Below the pieces are notes generated by a model that was not told where the DNA came from, made no database searches, and saw only the letters and a list, made by a program, of their open reading frames with translations. This document shows positions 14,147-27,054 of a DNA stretch of 64,000 nt, piece after piece. Source of the DNA: Picochlorum sp. SENEW3 (taxonomy: Eukaryota); contig CP120456.1 of NCBI GenBank assembly GCA_034226945.1, forward strand, positions 682,001-746,000, written 5' to 3'. Every line of letters starts with the position of its first letter. Position 1 is the stretch's first letter. Both the position numbers and the translations under genes were made by a program.

Positions 14147-17100
14147 ATGCTCGAAACAAGTTTAACGAGCATGCTCGGACCCGTACGAGCTCCTTGTCGA
14201 CTGCAAAGTAGACAAAACTGTAAAAATATCGGACAGAAGTTAGGGTTTGTTCGATTTAATGGTCTGAAGGGAGTTCGTGTGACCAGATCCGCATGGAGTT
14301 CCGGAAAGCCCTCGACTCTTTGGGGCAGGAAGGGTCGCTCTATGGCAACAGTACGTGTTCTAATTTAATAAATTGTTATATAAATTTTACTCTCGTTTTG
14401 AGCTTTGAGACATGTATTCCAACCTCGTTCAGGTGTACGCAAAACACAGTGAGGTGCCAGAGTCACAAGGGCTTTTCAATCCCTCGAACGACAAGGATGC
14501 TTGTGGGGTTGGGTTTGTCGCGGAACTGTCGAAGGTACCAACTCGAAAGACCGTGACTGATTCCTTGGAGATGCTTGTGAGAATGCGGCATCGAGGTGCC
14601 TGTGGATGTGAACCCAACACTGGGGATGGTGCTGGTATCCTTGTGGCGATTCCACATGACTTCCTGGTGCATGAAATCGAGCAATCCAGTGCATTTGTAC
14701 TGCCTAAAAGAGGAGAGTATGGGGTCGGTATGGTCTTTCTTCCGAGGGATCCCGAGCAGTATGACAGCGCAAAGTCTGCATTGAGACGGGTTGTTGAATC
14801 CAGGGGTCACACGATGCTTGGGTGGAGAACAGTGCCAACGGATAGCACCGGCCTTGGAGAAGGTGCTCTCAGGACCCAACCAATCATTGAACAATTCTTC
14901 ATCACCGAGAGTGATAAGCCAAATGGCAAAACTATTGAGCAGCAGATGTTTGTACTCAGGAAATTGATTGAACAGGGGTGGAGGGTTGCAGGTTTGACTG
15001 ATGATGATGCATACATGTGTTCTTTGTCTTCTGAGACAGTGGTGTATAAAGGTCAACTTACTACGGAACAAGTTGAAAGTTTTTTCTTGGATCTTCAGAG
15101 CCCAATGTTTACATCCTATGTGGCATTGGTGCATTCTAGATTTTCCACAAATACATTCCCAGCTTGGCACAGGGCCCAGCCAATGAGAATGCTTGGACAC
15201 AATGGTGAAATCAACACACTCCGTGGAAATGTGAATTGGATGAAGGCAAGACAAGGAGTGATGAGGTGTAACTCTTTGTCTGTAACTGAGAGAACTTTGC
15301 AAAAGCTGCTGCCAATCATACCTAAAGAGCAATCAGATTCTGGTTCATTTGACTCCGTCTTGGAGTTGCTTGTTCGCAGTGGAAGAGACTTGCCGGAGGC
15401 TATGATGATGTGTATTCCAGAAGCATGGCAAAACGATCAGCTGATGTCCCAGGAAAAAAGAGACTTTTACAAGTTCCATTCTTGTATAATGGAGCCATGG
15501 GATGGGCCAGCACTGGTGGCTTTCACAGATGGCCATTTCATTGGAGCAACCCTTGACAGGAATGGACTCAGGCCTGGTCGATATTATGTCACAAAAGACA
15601 AGAGGGTTGTGATGGCTTCTGAGGTAGGAGTTGTCGATATTCTGCCTGAAAATATTGAGAAGAAAGGAAGGCTCATGCCAGGCAATATTTTCCTGGTAGA
15701 CTTCGATTCTCACGCTGTGATTGATGATAAAGAATTGAAGCACAAATATGCAACTTCAAGGCCTTATGGAGAGTGGGTTGAGAAGGAAACTGTTCGTTTG
15801 TATGATGTTGTCAAGAGTGTTCCTCATCCTATCAAACCTCCAGAGATTCAAGGTGCAAATGTCCAAGGGAATGGAAGTGGACCTCCAAAAGGGATACAAA
15901 AGCTTCTCTCACCTTTAAAGGCCTTCGGATATACTACTGAGACGATCGATAAAATCCTGCTGCCAATGTCCTCTACAGCTGCAGATCCCCTGGGATCAAT
16001 GGGAAATGATTCTCCCTTGGCAGTGATGAGTGATAGACCCAAACTGCTGTATGAATATTTCAAGCAATTGTTTGCTCAGGTCACAAATCCTGCCATAGAC
16101 CCTCTGAGAGAAAAATTTGTTACTTCTATGAGAAGTATGATCGGTCCAGAAGGGGATATTACAGAAACTCAGGAGGATCAAGCTCATCGTTTGGATTTAC
16201 CGCATCCATTCCTGAAGCCAGAGGAAATGGAGGCTATCAAGAAGATGCAATTCCGAGGCTGGGCATCAAAGACAATTGATATCACTTGGCCGATCAGTGA
16301 GGGACCGAAAGGTATCACTGCTGCCCTGGATAGAGTGTGTGCTGAAGCAGCTTTGGCTATTGAGGATGGATTTGATTTCATTGTTCTCTCTGACAGGGAA
16401 GCCAACCATTCAAGAGCATCCATGAGCGCATTGATGGCAGTTGGAAGAGTTCATCATCATCTTGTACAGCTGCAAAAGCGATCCAGAGTCGGGTTGTTGG
16501 TTGAAACAGGAGATGCAAGAGAAGTCCACCATTTCTGCTTGTTACTTGGCTTTGGTGTGGATGCCATTTGTCCATATCTTGCAATGGAAACAGTTGTTGG
16601 ACTGCAGCAGGATGGCTTGATTCAGCAGTCATCATCAAGGGATGAGATAATTGATAGATACATCAAAGCAGCCAGGGATGGTGTTGTCAAGGTGATGGCC
16701 AAGATGGGAATTTCAACAGTTGCATCCTACCGAGGTTCCCAAATATTCGAAGCTGTGGGTCTCGGGGATGAAGTCATCAATAGTTGCTTCAAAGGAACTT
16801 CATCGAGGATTGGTGGGTTAGGATTTATGGAATTGGCAAATGATCTTCTCGATCTCCACAAGGTAGCTTATGGTAGTCACTATGAGAGCAATGTCTTGCC
16901 CAATCCTGGATCTTATCATTTCAGGTCGACATCTGAGAACGAAGCACACCTGAATTCTCCCTTGGCAATCGCAAAACTTCAGGAAGCTTCTCGAGAAGGC
17001 AGTATTGCCGCTTACAAGGAGTATTCGAGATTGACCCAAGAATTGAATCGCAAGGTTAACATTCGAGGCATGCTGAAGTTCAAACCATCGCCCACGGGGT

Positions 17101-20100
17101 CAATTCCAATAAGTGAGGTCGAGCCTGCATCGGAAATTTGCAAAAGATTTGTGACGGGAGCAATGTCTTACGGGTCCATTTCTCTCGAAGCTCACACAAC
17201 CCTGGCGATCGCAATGAATTCCATTGGAGGAAAATCAAACACTGGAGAGGGAGGAGAAAATCCTCGACGGCTTGTGCCTAATGAGGATGGATCAAGGAAT
17301 CCTATGAGATCCTCGATAAAACAAGTGGCATCTGGGCGTTTCGGTGTTACAGCAAATTATTTGACCAATTCTGACGAGATCCAAATCAAGATATCTCAAG
17401 GTGCAAAGCCCGGAGAAGGTGGTGAACTTCCTGGTACAAAGGTCAAAGGTGATATAGGTACGCAGAATCTTTGTTGTTTGAACGCTGATGCTCATTCACA
17501 CCCGTCCTAAATTTTGATTTGATATTTCTCTGCAGCAAAAACACGAAAGTCGACAGCTGGAGTGGGACTCATTTCTCCCCCACCTCATCATGATATTTAC
17601 TCCATCGAAGATCTGGCGCAACTCATCTATGATTTGAAGAGCTCCAACCCCGATGCTCGTATATCAGTCAAACTTGTGAGTGAGAATGGTGTAGGTGTCG
17701 TCGCATCTGGTGTTGTGAAAGGCCATGCAGACCATGTCTTGATCTCTGGCCATGATGGAGGAACTGGGGCAGCCAAATGGACATCAATCAAGAATGCTGG
17801 TCTCCCTTGGGAGCTTGGGCTTGCAGAAACACATCAGACTCTCGTAGCGAATGATCTCAGGAGCCGTACTGTTTTGCAGGCAGACGGTCAGATGAAGACA
17901 GGAAGAGATATTGCAGTAGCTGCTTTGCTAGGTGCTGAGGAGTTTGGATTTGCGACTGCTCCTTTGATAACCATGGGATGTATCATGATGAGAAAGTGCC
18001 ACACAAACACTTGCCCAGTTGGTGTAGCTACCCAAGATCCTGTGCTGCGCGCCAAATTTGCAGGAGAGCCGGAACATGTCATCAACTTCTTGTTCATGGT
18101 TGCAGAAGAAATGAGAGAATATATGGCAGAGATGGGATTCAGAACTGTGACAGAAATGGTCGGTAGGGCTGATATGCTTGAGGTCGATGAGGAAGTCATT
18201 CAGGAGAATTCAAAGTTGTCAGGTGTCGATCTCTCAAAGATGTTGATTCCTGCCGCAACTATTCGTCCAGAGGCAAAGCAAACATGTCACATAAAGCAGG
18301 ACCATGGATTGGATACTGGATTGGACCCAGAACTGATTCCTTTATGCAAAGCTGCGCTTCCAGATGATGGAAGCCCAGCAGAGAGTGTTAAAGTCGAGAC
18401 CAAAGTATCTAATGTGAACCGAGCTGTTGGTACTACTTTGTCACACGAGGTGACGAAGAGATTTGGGGAAGAAGGCCTTCCAGCTGATACGATCCACATC
18501 AAGCTGGAGGGACATGCTGGACAATCCCTGGGTGCCTGGCTGTGCCATGGAATCACTATTGAGCTCGAAGGGGATGCAAATGATTATGTCGGAAAAGGCC
18601 TGTCAGGTGGTCTCGTTGCAGTGTATCCTTCGAAGAAGTCATCATTCTCCCCTGAGGAGAACATAATTGCTGGAAATGTCTGTTTGTATGGTGCTACAGC
18701 AGGTGAAGCTTACCTCAGTGGGGTAGCAGCAGAGAGATTCTGTGTACGTAATTCTGGAGCTCAAGCTGTTGTTGAAGGCGTGGGTGACCATGGATGTGAG
18801 TACATGACAGGGGGAACCGCAGTCATTTTGGGCAAGATAGGGAAAAACTTTGGAGCTGGAATGAGTGGAGGGCTTGCGTTTGTCTATGACCCATCTGACA
18901 CCATGCATTCACTATGCAATGTAGACATCGCACAAGATCTCTATCCAATTGTTGAACAAGAAGATATAGACACATTGCACGGTTTGATCAGCAACCATCT
19001 GAAATTCACAGGATCACCGATTGCCCAGAGAATCCTGGAAAATTGGAAAGAGACTCTTCCTGCTTTCAAGAAAGTGTACCCAAGAGATTACAAAAATGCC
19101 TTGGAGGAACAAAAGAGGATTGAGAGTGCACAAGAAGAAGAGAAACAGCTCATGTCCGAAATGGTGCCAGGAGAAGATGCATTTGACACTCTCAGGAAAA
19201 TGGCCAAAAGCATTGTGGACGATGGTGCCAAACTCAGCACGTCTCCAAGAAGAATTGTCTCACCGCCCACACCAAAGTTGTCAGCTGATCTGAAGGAGGA
19301 GTATGACCGTCTTCTCAAAGATGCAACAAGTGGCCTTCCTGTAGCAGGGAGGGAGCCAGTTTGGGATTCAGAGAGACCCAGAATTGTACAGAACGGTGAG
19401 ACACAAAAGCAGGGAGGATTCATGAGGTATGAGCGTGAGCCTTTACCCTATCGTCCAGTGGATGAGAGGTTGAAGGATTATAACGAAGTACTTGCCCCAT
19501 CTGCAAACGGAACAAATTCAGATCTCTTGAAAACACAGAGTGCCAGGTGTATGGACTGTGGTACCCCGTATTGCCTCAATAAGGAAACTGGATGTCCACT
19601 CGGAAACCTGATTCCGGAGTGGAATACATTGGTCTGGCAAGGAAGGTGGAAAGAGGCAGCAGACAGGTTGCTTGCTACAAATAACTTCCCTGAATTTACA
19701 GGCAGGGTCTGCCCGGCTCCTTGTGAAGGCTCTTGTGTCCTCGGCATTAATCAGAATCCAGTCACCATTAAAACCATGGAAGTCTCGATCATTGATAAAG
19801 CATTTGAGGAAGGCTGGATAGTTCCACGCCCCCCAAAGACAAGAACTGGAAGACGAGTAGCTATCATTGGCAGTGGTCCTTCAGGAATGGCAGCGGCTGA
19901 CCAGTTGAACAAGATGGGTCATGCTGTGACAGTGTTTGAAAGAGCTGACCGTATTGGGGGATTGATGATGTATGGTGTACCAAATATGAAGACTGGCAAG
20001 AAGGAGATTGTTCAGAGAAGGGTTGACTTGATGGCCGATGAGGGCGTCAAATTTGTTACAAATGCATCTGTGGGCAAAAATGTGGATGTGAAACTTCTGA

Positions 20101-20981
20101 AAGCAGAATCTGACGCTGTCATTCTTGCTGCTGGTGCTACCAAGCCAAGAGACTTGCCCATCGAAGGAAGGGAGTACAATGGCATTCACTTTGCGATGGA
20201 ATTTCTGACTGCAAACACGAAAAGCCTGCTTGATTCGAACCATGCAGATGGCAAGTACATTTCAGCCAAAGGCAAACGTGTTGTAGTAATTGGTGGTGGC
20301 GACACAGGAACAGATTGCATTGGCACATCTGTGAGACACGGGGCAACAGAAGTAATCAATCTTGAGCTCCTAAGCAAACCTTCAGACACGAGATCTGAGA
20401 GCAACCCTTGGCCATACTTCCCACGAGTATTCAAGGTTGACTATGGCCATGCAGAGGCATCCCATGCCTTTGGTAAGGATCCAAGGGAATATGATGTTCT
20501 CACAAAACGATTCATTGGAGACGAAAATGGAAATCTGAAGGGCATTGAGATCGTTGATGTTGTCTGGACGCCACCTCAGAATGGAGGAAGGCCTACATTT
20601 GAAGAGGTGGAGGGAAGCAGTAGGATCATTGAAGCAGATCTGATACTGCTTGCTATGGGATTCTTGGGACCAGAAGAAACCCTCGCAGAGGCTCTGGGCA
20701 TTGAATGTGATGAGAGATCAAACTTCAAAGCCCAGTATGGTAACTTTGCCACGTCAATAGATGGAGTATTCGCTGCAGGAGATTGCCGCAGGGGCCAGTC
20801 CCTCGTCGTTTGGGCTATCGCGGAGGGTCGCGAGGCAGCTGATTCTTGCCACAAGTATCTGATGACTAAGGATGCATCCTTCCCTGATGATACAGATGAA
20901 TTTACAGGAGGGGTGATTGATCTCGACACATTTGAGAGCACAGGAGGACTATTGGGAGCCTCTGGTGCAGTAGCAGCATAA
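14147..20981 (+). CDS. GLT1: NADH-dependent glutamate synthase (NADH-GOGAT), plastid-targeted
   Basis: Transit exon 14147-14350, mature start [46 protein letters not shown]. Fused beta domain [26 protein letters not shown] and GSGPSG. Confidence 0.97.
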
Positions 20982-21000
20982 ATTGTAAGTACATGTACAT

Positions 21001-22405
21001 TTAAGACATTTTCAAATTCAATTCCTTTGCATTGACAATAGATGGGGCTGCCTTTGGAATAGATTCAAATGGTCCGTCAACAAAGCCCAACACATCTGGC
21101 TTGTTCCACACTGGATAATCCTGCAAAATTGCAGCAACATTGCTTGCTGCAAGTGTTGCCATGCCAGACCTTGTCCATTGCGTCGCAGACGCAATATGAG
21201 GGACAATGACAGCATTCTCACACTCTTTGAGCCCTGGTTTCATCAATGGCTCGTCTTCGAAAACATCCAAACCGACTCTGAACTCTGGATTTTTCTTCAA
21301 GTGAGCAACCAAGGCAACCTCATCAATGACAGGTCCACGTGCTGCATTTACAAGCACTGCATTGGACTTCATCATATTCAATTTCTCTTCATTGATCAAA
21401 TGTTTGGTGTTTTCATCCAGGTTACAGTGCAGACTGACGACATCCGACACCTTCAAGACCTCCTCCACAGTCCCACACCGAGTCACTGTGATCTCATCCC
21501 CACCTTTGCTCTGAACCAACTTGGAGTAATCTTTGACATACTCCTCCAAAAATTTGTTCTCAAACGGATCATAATACACAAGATTCATCTTATGCCCTTC
21601 CACCATCATTCTGGCATACGCAGTACCAATCCTTCCTGCACCAATGATGCCCACAGTTTTACCCTGTAAAAGGTTTCCGACAAAAAGAGTTGGAAGCCAT
21701 CCCTTGTACTTTTCCGCCCGCATAAAGCTATCTCCCTCTACAACTCTTCTCGCAGCAGCAAATGTCAACGCTGCTGCAAGCTCAGCAGTCGTCTCCGTCA
21801 ACACCCCTGGAGTATTACCAACTGGAATACCGCGAGCAGTTGCCTCTGGAACAACAACATTGTTATACCCTACTGCATAATTACTGAAAGCTCTTCCACC
21901 CGCTTTCTTCAATGCTTCAAACAATTCACTTCCCCAGTCTTCCGTAAGCTGCCCAATCACCCCATCACAAGAGTTCCCGATAAATTTCACAATAGTGGCA
22001 TTATCCAGAATTGTCTCTGGAGACTGAGAGATTTCAACTCTGCACCCAGCAGAGGCCAAAATCTGCTTCCATCGATCCCCAGGAAGATTTTTTGTCACAA
22101 TCACTCTTTTGGCTCCTTCTGGATTCACAACCTGCGATCAAACGGCACAATGTCAGAACAGAATCCCAGAAAGCCCCAGTAGTAGACTCCTACAACGATC
22201 CCGCCAACACCCCACCAAACCCGCATCGATTCCCACAATGCTACCCATAAATATATAGATCAGCATTTCATATAAAAAATCATACCTCCACTGGGATCCC
22301 ATTGACCGTTTCTGTAGCCATTGATCGCACCGACTGGACACTCAACCCAAGGTTTTGTCTCGTAGATGCTGCTGTACGATACAATGCACGTGCGATTCTG
22401 TTCAT
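21001..22405 (-). CDS. HPR1: Hydroxypyruvate reductase (plant HPR1-type) with mitochondrial-type presequence
   Basis: Motifs NPEG.KRV.VTK.LPG.RW, DGVIGQLTEDWG, FSNYAVGYNNV, GNTPGVLTETTAEL, GAGRIG, VPHIASA..WTR.GMATLAA. Exon 1 MNRIARALYR..VRSMA; C-terminus LKMS (no SKL). 154-nt intron at 22132-22285. Confidence 0.95.
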
Positions 22406-22601
22406 GATGAATACAACACGAATAATGTTTTTTAAAAACAGTGTCGACATCCCCATCGCTGATGTGGACATTTAAGCAGCGGCCCCTTCCGAGCGAATTC
22501 TTATTCTATTTATACAAGGAACTTTTTTGCGCTTGGTGGTTGGACCGTGTGTTTTACTTTGGCAACACGTCGGATATGTATTCTGTTTGAATATTGTTGT
22601 G

Positions 22602-23633
22602 ATGGAGAGTGTTTTTGAATCGTTTGGACTGAGTTTTGTAATCTCAAATCCACGCGAGCAGGACAATCCAATTGTGTATGCCTCAGAGAACTTTTACAAG
22701 ACAACAGGATACTCTCCAAAAGAAGTCATTAACCGAAATTGTCGGTTTTTACAAGGTAAAGATACATCCCGACAGAGTGTGTGCGAGATTCGGGATGCCA
22801 TTCGGGAGGAGCGAGCTACGTCGACGTGTCTTTTGAATTATAGAAAGAATGGTACCCCATTCTGGAATGCTTTTCATCTAGAACCTGTGAAAGATGTCCA
22901 TGGGATGACGGAATTTTACATCGGGGTCCAAGTCGACGTAACGGAGATGTTCAAGAGTGCTTTGGGAGAGGCTGCAGTGTCTGAATGTTCAAAGGATGTG
23001 TGTAGTAAGGCACAGCAGTTGGCGGATGAGGTGAAAAAGTATGCCGACAAGCTTCATGAGAATGCGCGTGTTAGTGTAGCTGTTGCTGACTCTATACCGA
23101 GTCCTCTTCTGTCAGGTTTGTCAACAATCAATCATGCATTTTGTTTGACGGATCCCAGCATCCCGGGTAATCCAATGGTATATTGTTCACCTGGGTTTTT
23201 ACGTATGACGCGGTATTCGAGTTCGGAGTTGATTGGAAAGCCGTGCTCGATGCTGCAAGGGGAATTGACAGATCAGAAAGAGGTGGAGAAAATCCGGGCT
23301 GCTATTCATCATGAGCCGCCTCGGCCAGTATCGGCTTGTTTGGCAAATTATAGAAAGGATGGAGAGGTATTTATGAATTCTGTTCATATTGCACCGGTGA
23401 ATTGCTCATCAGGAAAGGTGAAGTATTTCTGTGGAGTTCAAAGTGAAGTTCCAATGAATGTAGATGAGGGTTGTAAGACGCGCAATCCATTGGTATTATT
23501 AAAGCAAAAGGGTGTTATAGGAGCTGTGCGAGTGGCGGCTCGAGGACTTGCCGATTCGGGGCTTGTGAGAAAGCCAGATCATCAAGTGCCATGCAATAGT
23601 GTTCTGAATCCTGATAAATTAATGGAGAAATGA
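22602..23633 (+). CDS. Twin-LOV (LOV/LOV, PAS/LOV; TLP1/LLP-like) blue-light sensor without an effector domain
   Basis: LOV1 DNPIVYASENF..NRNCRFLQG..NYRKNGTPFWN; LOV2 GNPMVYCS..GKPCSMLQG..NYRKDG. C-terminal GVIGAVRVAARGL resembles the plant TLP1 tail. Confidence 0.88.
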   Translation: MESVFESFGLSFVISNPREQDNPIVYASENFYKTTGYSPKEVINRNCRFLQGKDTSRQSVCEIRDAIREERATSTCLLNYRKNGTPFWNAFHLEPVKDVHGMTEFYIGVQVDVTEMFKSALGEAAVSECSKDVCSKAQQLADEVKKYADKLHENARVSVAVADSIPSPLLSGLSTINHAFCLTDPSIPGNPMVYCSPGFLRMTRYSSSELIGKPCSMLQGELTDQKEVEKIRAAIHHEPPRPVSACLANYRKDGEVFMNSVHIAPVNCSSGKVKYFCGVQSEVPMNVDEGCKTRNPLVLLKQKGVIGAVRVAARGLADSGLVRKPDHQVPCNSVLNPDKLMEK

Positions 23634-23715
23634 TGTGTTCGTGTAAAATAGACGTAGATGATTAAACGAATAAAAATGAAAATTTAGCATAGAAAAAAAA
23701 AAGGATTCCTTGTCT

Positions 23716-26700
23716 CTATGAGGAAGAGGAGGTTTCTTTTGGTTTTGGCTTTGTTGCTTCATCAACGAGGTACACAAGTCCTCTGAAGTGCATTCCTGAA
23801 TGGTTACTCAGAGACATTTCGCACGTTCTCGACGTAGAATATCCATCAGAACATCCTGCGACGTTGAGATGCTGGAGGGAGGACGAGGTCAATTCTGGGT
23901 ACCTCATTCCCCTGTCACCAGCCATACCACAGCATGGAATGTTGGATGGAACCACCTCATCAGCACACATGGATGCTACCTTCATGAACGACTCCTCAAT
24001 GCCCATTTTCTTTGAAGAACATGGAACATGGATGGCTACAGTATCCCTGACCTTTGAGAAGTCCAACTTATCGAGCATGAAGTGCCTGATAAACTCCACT
24101 GGTTCATACAGAGAGAAACGCAGTGCTGGGTCAGACAAACCGGATTTGATCTGAGCCAAGCATGGCGATGTGTCGCACACGATTGGGTACTTTCCATTAT
24201 CTGATGCTTTCAGCAAAGCTGCCTCGAGTTCAGATCCCTTCTTTGCTGCTGCATCCTTGAAACCTCTGCTGTTAAACATCATACCACAGCAGGATGATGA
24301 CAATCCCTCGGGATACACCACCTCATACCCTCCTTTTTGGAAGATTGACAACAGCTTCTCATGCACACTTGCATTTTCGGTATCGTTCTTAGCTGGTCCC
24401 ATGATTCGTGTCACACAGGCAGGAACATATACCACCTTTCTTGGGATGCCCTTCTCAGCTTCAACCGAGACTTCTGGAGCGGGTGGATTCATGTTCAATG
24501 GAGATGCAGCCTTTGGCATGTATGGGTTCCATTCTGGTACCATGTGTCCTGAAATCTTATTCAATGCTCTGGAAATAGTTTGAAGAGGCCATGGTCCGAG
24601 AATTTGATGGGCCACATTGACAGCCCCAAGGAGTTTGTTAAATGTCCAAGCTGTTGCTCCAAAGTTATTTGCAACCATATCAGCCACCTTGCTTGCCTTT
24701 GGCATTTCATCCATTGCTTCGCTTCTGATATGTTTCACTAATTCACCTGTGTTGATCTTCACAGGGCATTTCTCTTGGCACATACCATCAGCGGCACATG
24801 TATCAATTCCATCGTACTCGAAAGTCTTTGACATTTCCGCAAGCCTTTTTTCTTGCTCTGGCGTCCTGGATGGGATTGACTTCAATCGATAAATTTCCTT
24901 GAATACAGCAATGCGCTGTCTTGGCGTCAAAGTGAGATCCCTTGATGGACAGTTGCTCTCACAAAATCCGCATTCAATACAACGGTTCACGAGCTTGCTT
25001 GCTGTTGGGGATGGCTTCAAATTCTTCACATGCACCATAGCATCCTCATTCAAAATTACGCCAGGATTCAGCACATAATCAGGGTCAAAGATTTCCTTCA
25101 GCTCCCACATCAATTCAGTTGCCTTGGCACCCCACTCCATCTCAACATATGGGGCCATGTTTCTACCAGTTCCGTGCTCTCCTTTCAGAGATCCTCTATG
25201 CTTCACTGCAACAATGTGGCACATTTCATCCATCATGTCCTGGAAACGCTTCACTTCTTCTGGTGTACGGAACCCTTGAGAGAAGACAAGGTGCAAGTTT
25301 CCTTCGAGTGCATGACCAAAGCAGGATGCATCATGGTATCCATGCTTTTCAAACATTTCAATGAGATCCATAGTCATGTCACCGAGCCTATCAGTTGGGC
25401 ATGCAACATCCTCCAGAAGCATCGTCGTTCCATCCTCTCTCGCTCCTCCAACAATAGGAATGAGACCCTTTCTCACATCCCAGTACACCTTGGCATCCTT
25501 TTGGTCGTGCTTAAACTCATATGCATCTAAAGATGTCTCCTTGCCAGGAGCAGGTCCAAATGGAAGTTGAGATCCTTCCAGCGCTACTCGAATCTCTTCA
25601 ATACGAGCCTTCAAATCTTCTTCAGTTTGACCTCTGCATTCAATCAATAGAGCTGCAGCCATTGAGCCACACCCATCAATATCTGGTACCAGGCGAGTCA
25701 TGTCTTCATTCCCAGCACACTCCCTCAATGAAGCCCTGTCGAACATTTCTACAGCATCTACGGATGTTTGAGATCTAAGGACAGCAGCTGCTTGGCAGGC
25801 GGCCTTCACGTGAGGGAACATGACGAATGCAGATGCCTTATTTGGCCACTCTGGCACTGTATTGTAGGTCACCTGTGACACAAATCCCAATGTTCCTTCG
25901 CTTCCAATGATCACTCTCTTGATAATCTCAATCGGATCATCTACTGGAAAATCAACCAAAGCGTTCAAAGAATACCCAGTCGTGCACTTGATGGCAAACT
26001 TTCTGCGAATAAGAGAAGCCAATTGCTTATCCGACTGCACTCTCTTGGCCAAGTCCACCACATTGCTCACCAAATCAGCATGAGACTTCAAAAATGCCTG
26101 CTTACTTTCCTCGCTCGATGTATCCAACACAGTACCATCAACAAAAACCACCCGAAGATCCTTCAACGTGTGATATGTATTCTGTGATACACCGCAGCAC
26201 ATTCCAGAGGAGTTGTTAGACACAATTCCTCCAATCATGCATGAATCGATAGATGATGGATCTGGACCAATTTTATACTGTACTGGAAGCTTGTTCTTCA
26301 TCTTGTGCTGTGCCAAAATCCTATTCACCTCACCCCCAATCAACCCGGGCTCGACGGTAATGCTGCTTCCATCCCCATGAACTGTGAAATTCCTAAAATT
26401 CTTACCAGTGTGTGAAATCTTCACCAAAACAGAATCCGTCAAAGCCTGGCCAGACAAAGATGTACCGGCAGCCCTGAATGTAATAGGAACCCCATGCTTC
26501 TTCGCAATCGGCAACAGCTTGATCGCCTCCTCCTCCGAATGCATCTTGACCACCAACTTTGGATTCAAACGATAAAAACTCGCATCTGTCCCATACGCAA
26601 AAGTCCTCACCGGATCCGTGAATTGCCTTGTCTTGGGCACAAACTCTGAAATCTCCTCGATAAATGCGGCATACCTCCCATCTTCAATTCGACGCCCATC

Positions 26701-27054
26701 CATGTTTTCAAATGCCGTCACCTTGCGATCAAGCTCGTGAGGCTCCACAATGGAAATAGCCCCAACCTCATCAATATGAGTCAATGGTAACGCAGAAGGC
26801 TCAACCTTGGTCTCTACCATCTGTTGCGCAGCTGGTTGCGATGCTGCTGGTCGGGTTTGCTGAAAGCGTCCATGTCCACCACGGAATTCCTCAAAGTTCT
26901 CCAACCCCTTCTTTCCCTTGCCCTTACTCACCAGACCTCGAGAACTGGTATTCAACAACCCATATGCATTGTTATCAGCAGAAACACTACCACCAGCGCC
27001 CCTCTTGGTGACAACAAGATTGTCCAACACGCGTGACACAAGGCGTCGTCTCAT
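23716..27054 (-). CDS. GYD1: Glycolate dehydrogenase / FAD-Fe-S D-lactate dehydrogenase (GlcD plus GlcF-like fusion, algal GYD1 type), intronless
   Basis: Motifs YGTDASFYRLNP, FRAAGTSLSGQA, GPDPSS, GSEGTLG, GHALEGNLH, KGEHGTGRN. Ferredoxin motifs CIECGFCESNCP and CAADGMCQEKCP, two CCG domains. Arg-rich N-terminus. Confidence 0.9.
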   Translation of the reverse strand: MRRRLVSRVLDNLVVTKRGAGGSVSADNNAYGLLNTSSRGLVSKGKGKKGLENFEEFRGGHGRFQQTRPAASQPAAQQMVETKVEPSALPLTHIDEVGAISIVEPHELDRKVTAFENMDGRRIEDGRYAAFIEEISEFVPKTRQFTDPVRTFAYGTDASFYRLNPKLVVKMHSEEEAIKLLPIAKKHGVPITFRAAGTSLSGQALTDSVLVKISHTGKNFRNFTVHGDGSSITVEPGLIGGEVNRILAQHKMKNKLPVQYKIGPDPSSIDSCMIGGIVSNNSSGMCCGVSQNTYHTLKDLRVVFVDGTVLDTSSEESKQAFLKSHADLVSNVVDLAKRVQSDKQLASLIRRKFAIKCTTGYSLNALVDFPVDDPIEIIKRVIIGSEGTLGFVSQVTYNTVPEWPNKASAFVMFPHVKAACQAAAVLRSQTSVDAVEMFDRASLRECAGNEDMTRLVPDIDGCGSMAAALLIECRGQTEEDLKARIEEIRVALEGSQLPFGPAPGKETSLDAYEFKHDQKDAKVYWDVRKGLIPIVGGAREDGTTMLLEDVACPTDRLGDMTMDLIEMFEKHGYHDASCFGHALEGNLHLVFSQGFRTPEEVKRFQDMMDEMCHIVAVKHRGSLKGEHGTGRNMAPYVEMEWGAKATELMWELKEIFDPDYVLNPGVILNEDAMVHVKNLKPSPTASKLVNRCIECGFCESNCPSRDLTLTPRQRIAVFKEIYRLKSIPSRTPEQEKRLAEMSKTFEYDGIDTCAADGMCQEKCPVKINTGELVKHIRSEAMDEMPKASKVADMVANNFGATAWTFNKLLGAVNVAHQILGPWPLQTISRALNKISGHMVPEWNPYMPKAASPLNMNPPAPEVSVEAEKGIPRKVVYVPACVTRIMGPAKNDTENASVHEKLLSIFQKGGYEVVYPEGLSSSCCGMMFNSRGFKDAAAKKGSELEAALLKASDNGKYPIVCDTSPCLAQIKSGLSDPALRFSLYEPVEFIRHFMLDKLDFSKVRDTVAIHVPCSSKKMGIEESFMKVASMCADEVVPSNIPCCGMAGDRGMRYPELTSSSLQHLNVAGCSDGYSTSRTCEMSLSNHSGMHFRGLVYLVDEATKPKPKETSSSS

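Noticed and set aside
14429..20941. Numerous antisense and alternate-frame ORFs over GOGAT (likewise over GYD, AGXT and ClpX)
   Set aside because: Shadow ORFs of long coding sequences with no recognisable motifs.
22132..22285. Longer HPR intron as a possible snoRNA host
   Set aside because: No stem-bounded C/D pair or rRNA complementarity found; noted only for the GTAGTAGAC motif.
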